A DNA stretch of 64,000 bases. Origin: Octopus sinensis. Its lineage: Eukaryota. A program made the translations under genes and the position numbers. Below the pieces are notes generated by a model. It ran no database searches and was not told where the DNA came from. It saw only the letters and a list, made by a program, of their open reading frames with translations. Location: the NCBI RefSeq assembly GCF_006345805.1, contig NC_043000.1, positions 18,972,001 through 19,036,000 of the forward strand, written 5' to 3'. Position 1 is the first letter of the stretch, and every line of letters starts with the position of its first letter. Shown in pieces: positions 60,411-64,000 of the stretch.

Positions 60411-61918
60411 GTACGTACATACATAGTAGGATATACAGCACACTGCCATATACACCTGTATATTAAAATTTTTTCATTTTATCATAAATAACAAACTCTG
60501 GAAACTGATAATGTTCCTGAAATTGTAGCTCGTATCAAAGTTATACAACTATTTCATCTAATAGCATGCTTTCATTCAACATAAAATCACTTCTTAATTT
60601 AAAAAAATTATACTGGTATATAAAAAAAGTTCCTTTTATCAAAAATATTCATTAAACAAACTCCGGAAACTGATAATATCCTTGGAATTGTGTCTCGTAT
60701 CAAAGTTATACAGCTATTATTAAATTATCATTAATGAAAATAGACGTGAGAGAGTGTGAGAGACTGTTGCAAATGAAAATAGAAAATGTCGCCTGCAACG
60801 AATTAATATTGTTTATTATTAAACATTAAAATCTATTCCACACTGAATGCAACGGATATTTGAATTTGTGAAAAATTGGACGCAGTTAATGTAACGAATA
60901 TTTAAATTTGTGAAAAATTGGAGGTCAAAATTTCAGTAAAATTCAGAAAAGGAAATAATAGGAAATTTCTTGGAACATGAATTTATAAAAAAAATTCCGG
61001 ATGGTCAAGCCTTTAATAACTGTTTTCTTTTAGTACGTTTAGTAACTGTTACATACCTAATTAATATGCAGTTTTCTCCATTATAATATAGAAGATAGAA
61101 ATATATATATGTATGCGTATGTAGAAAAATGTATATATTTGTATATATGTATGTGTATGTATATGTGTGTTGTATGTATGTATGTGTATGTATGTATGTA
61201 TGTATGTATGTATGTGTGTGTGTGTATGTATGTATGTATGTATGTATGTATGTATGTATGTATGTATGTATGTATGTATGTGTCTTTGTGTTTGTACCTC
61301 CACGCTTGAAAACCGGTATTAGTTTTTTTTTCACGTACTAGTGACTGACTGATCAGTTCGGCAAAGAGTGCATTATAATAAATACTGGTGTTCATTTGTT
61401 CGACTAATACCACAGAACGCTGCTCCGGCATTGTTGCAGTTCAATTACTGAAACAATTAAAGAATTTTAAAAGAAAGTGTATCCCCAACTAACATCTAAA
61501 AGGTGATCTGAACCCAGCACTACAGAATAACAAAACGCTCACGAGTTGTACCATTCTCTTGTCGTTTATAGTGTTGGGTTGTTAACACAGACAGAAAGAA
61601 ATTACAGTTAGATGGCAGTGCGTTTATTGACAGTTCAATGATTTAGTTAAGGTTACAACGAAGCACAAGTAATGAGAAGTAAGTTATAAATTCTTGAATT
61701 AGAAATTTGAAACACTTCTGAACGTGATCAACCGTGGATTGTTTTCAACTTAGATAACATAATTAAAATATTTCAAATCTCTCGGTCGGCCAGTGACCGA
61801 TCGAACTCTAGACGAATATAGATGTGAAGTTTGTTAATTGAGGAGGCAGGTCCTCATTTGTTCACATGTTATATATGTGAAGGAATTTATTGTAATACAA
61901 AGTGATATAAACCTAGAT

Positions 61919-62304
61919 GTGGAGGCGCAATGATCCAGTGGTTAGGGCAGCGGACTAACGGTCGTAGGATCGCGGTTTCGATTCCCACACCGGGCGTTGT
62001 GAGTGTTTATTGAGCGAAAACACCTAAAAGCTCCACGAGGCTCCGGCAGGGGATGGTGGTGATCCCTGCTGTACTCTTTCACCACAACTTTCTCTCACTC
62101 TTACTTCCTGTTTCTGTTGTACCTGTATTTCAAAGGGCCGGCCTTCTCACTCTCTGTGTCACGCTGAATATCCCCGAGAACTACGTTAAGGGTACACGTG
62201 GCTGTGGAGTGCTCAGCCACTTACACGTTAATTTCACGAGCAGACTGTTCCGTTGATTCGGATCAACCGGAACCCTCGTCGTCGTAACCGACGGAGTGCT
62301 TCCA
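61919..62304 (+). mobile_element. SINE B
   Basis: TSD acctagat. Confidence 0.9.
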
Positions 62305-62667
62305 TACCTAGATATGTTACATATATTTAATTTACGAACAAATGTATGTACGAACACATCAAGCTAAAAATGAGAACAAAAATCTCTCTCAAATCTCACC
62401 CTATTGCTTTAAACAAGGTAAAGTTGACTTCTGTATGATAATTTAGTCGACTCATTTAGAGTGTACCTAAGGCCAAGTAACAGCAGCAACATTTAATGTT
62501 ATACGTAACTGCTACATAGTCATCACCCTCAGCTCGAATCAGGACCCCGATAAAAAGGAAAGCTAACCCAACGTTTTGATAGACGAAGTGTACAAAAATG
62601 TTTCTTGTACAAAAACGTTTGACGCATATTGCCTTAGGGTTTCCATTTTTCCGAAGTAATATCCAAA

Positions 62668-62975
62668 TCTCTATATATAAAGCTGAAGTTGTCTGTGTAT
62701 GGCAGGTTTGGTAGCCTTCAACTAACACTATCTCCTCCGAGACCCTGCGACGCAAGTTGACCAAAGTTGATAGTATGATAGAAGAAGGCTTGCTCTTCCT
62801 TTCGTAGAAGAAAAAATTCAAATCGGACAATGTTAACACCAAAAATTATTTACATCAAAAGGTGCTTTTTTCTATGAAAATCCCTATTTTTTACGATTTT
62901 TTGACTGCTGTGTCGCCATTTTTCGATGTATTTCAACCAGAAAAAAGGGCGCTTAAAGAGAATAACAAGCTACAT
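62668..62975 (+). mobile_element. Helitron-like 5' portion
   Basis: A|TCTCTATATATAAAG start; no CTAG end found. Confidence 0.5.
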
Positions 62976-63404
62976 AATGTTGTTTATAGTGTTCATGCAT
63001 AAATTATACATCGCTGAAAGCAGCAGAATCAACAGACATTCTAAAAACCAGGAAGAACGTTGAATGTAAGCCATTGGTACCTGCCAACTCAAACGAGAAT
63101 GGACAATATGATGGTGACAGTTCAAATGGAAACATGTACCTGTTGTCATTGTCTTGACACGTTTCAATTAATCACGCGAAAAGGTGTCCACTCGACACCA
63201 GGCCATAATTGATCGGAGGTGACAATCAATCTTTTCCATTTCCTCTAGTTCTTTCCCCCCTCCACCTCCCTCCGCTTGTTTGCTCTTCTTTCCCTTTCCG
63301 TGTCTTCTACTTGAATATCCATCCCACTCCCGTTTTCTACTGTCGTCGTCGTCGTAACGGCTTTTGTTGTCATCATCAATTTAGATTCCCATATATATAA
63401 ATAT

Positions 63405-63718
63405 GTGGAGGCGCAATGGCCTAGTGGTTAGGGCAGCGGACTCGTGGTCGCAGGATCGCGGTTTCGATTCCCAGCCCGGGCGTTGTTAGTGTTTATTGAG
63501 CGAAAACATCTAAAAGCTCCACGAGGCTCCGGCAGGGGGTGGTGATCCCTGCTGTACTCTTTCACCACTCTTTCTCTCACTCTTTCGTCTGTTGGCCTGC
63601 TCGCTTAGCCAGCGGGGTGGCGTCATTCGAAGGCTAAAACAATGCGAACGCATTGTGACCAGCGATGTGTAACAACATCTGATGGTCTGGTCGGTCACGT
63701 GATCACGTGGTCACGTGA
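63405..63718 (+). mobile_element. SINE E: B-type head with alternative 3' module (second copy 39436-39738, minus)
   Basis: Matches B up to ctttctctcactct, then gcattgtgaccagcgatgtgt...cacgtga. Confidence 0.8.
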
Positions 63719-63937
63719 TATATAAATATATACATATATATGTGTGTGTGTGTGTGTATACACACACACATATAAACAAATATATATATACCGACAGATA
63801 ATATATATATAACCGACAGATAATATATATTCACATATATATTTACATATCAACATTTCTATATTGATGTATGCAATATTTATATATATGCGTGTGTGTG
63901 CGTATATATAACATATATATACATTTCTATCTATCTA

Positions 63938-63977
<40 letters not shown>

Positions 63978-64000
63978 CATCCCCCCACATCGCAACACTC

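Noticed and set aside
62456-62842. 128-aa minus-strand ORF as a possible upstream contactin exon
   Set aside because: No Ig motifs, overlaps a Helitron-like repeat, no compatible splice phase found

Overview
AT-rich, repeat-dense eukaryotic DNA. The SINE families and microsatellite load suggest a cephalopod, most likely Octopus (inference). One protein-coding gene can be reconstructed: 12 minus-strand exons (60116 down to 20468) with GT-AG splice sites and consistent phases. They encode the last Ig domain, four FN3 domains and a GPI-anchor signal of a contactin; the 5' exons lie beyond the window. Most ORFs in the supplied track are microsatellite or SINE artefacts, and the track misses most real exons. 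The rest of the window is transposable-element DNA: at least six modular tRNA-derived SINE types, CR1-like, R4/Dong-like and RTE LINEs, mariner/Tc1 remnants, Helitron-like elements, MITE/foldback elements and Penelope-like (PLE) terminal-repeat remnants. The most unexpected signal is about 10 hammerhead-ribozyme-like motifs. Two are complete, with canonical cores, and form a young inverted repeat inside a contactin intron; others have variant cores (U3-A8, non-A6). Also notable are an RTE insertion with twin-priming (5'-inversion) geometry, a SINE flanked by a ~185-bp duplication, and head-less tandem SINE arrays. All RNA structures were folded by eye and are untested.
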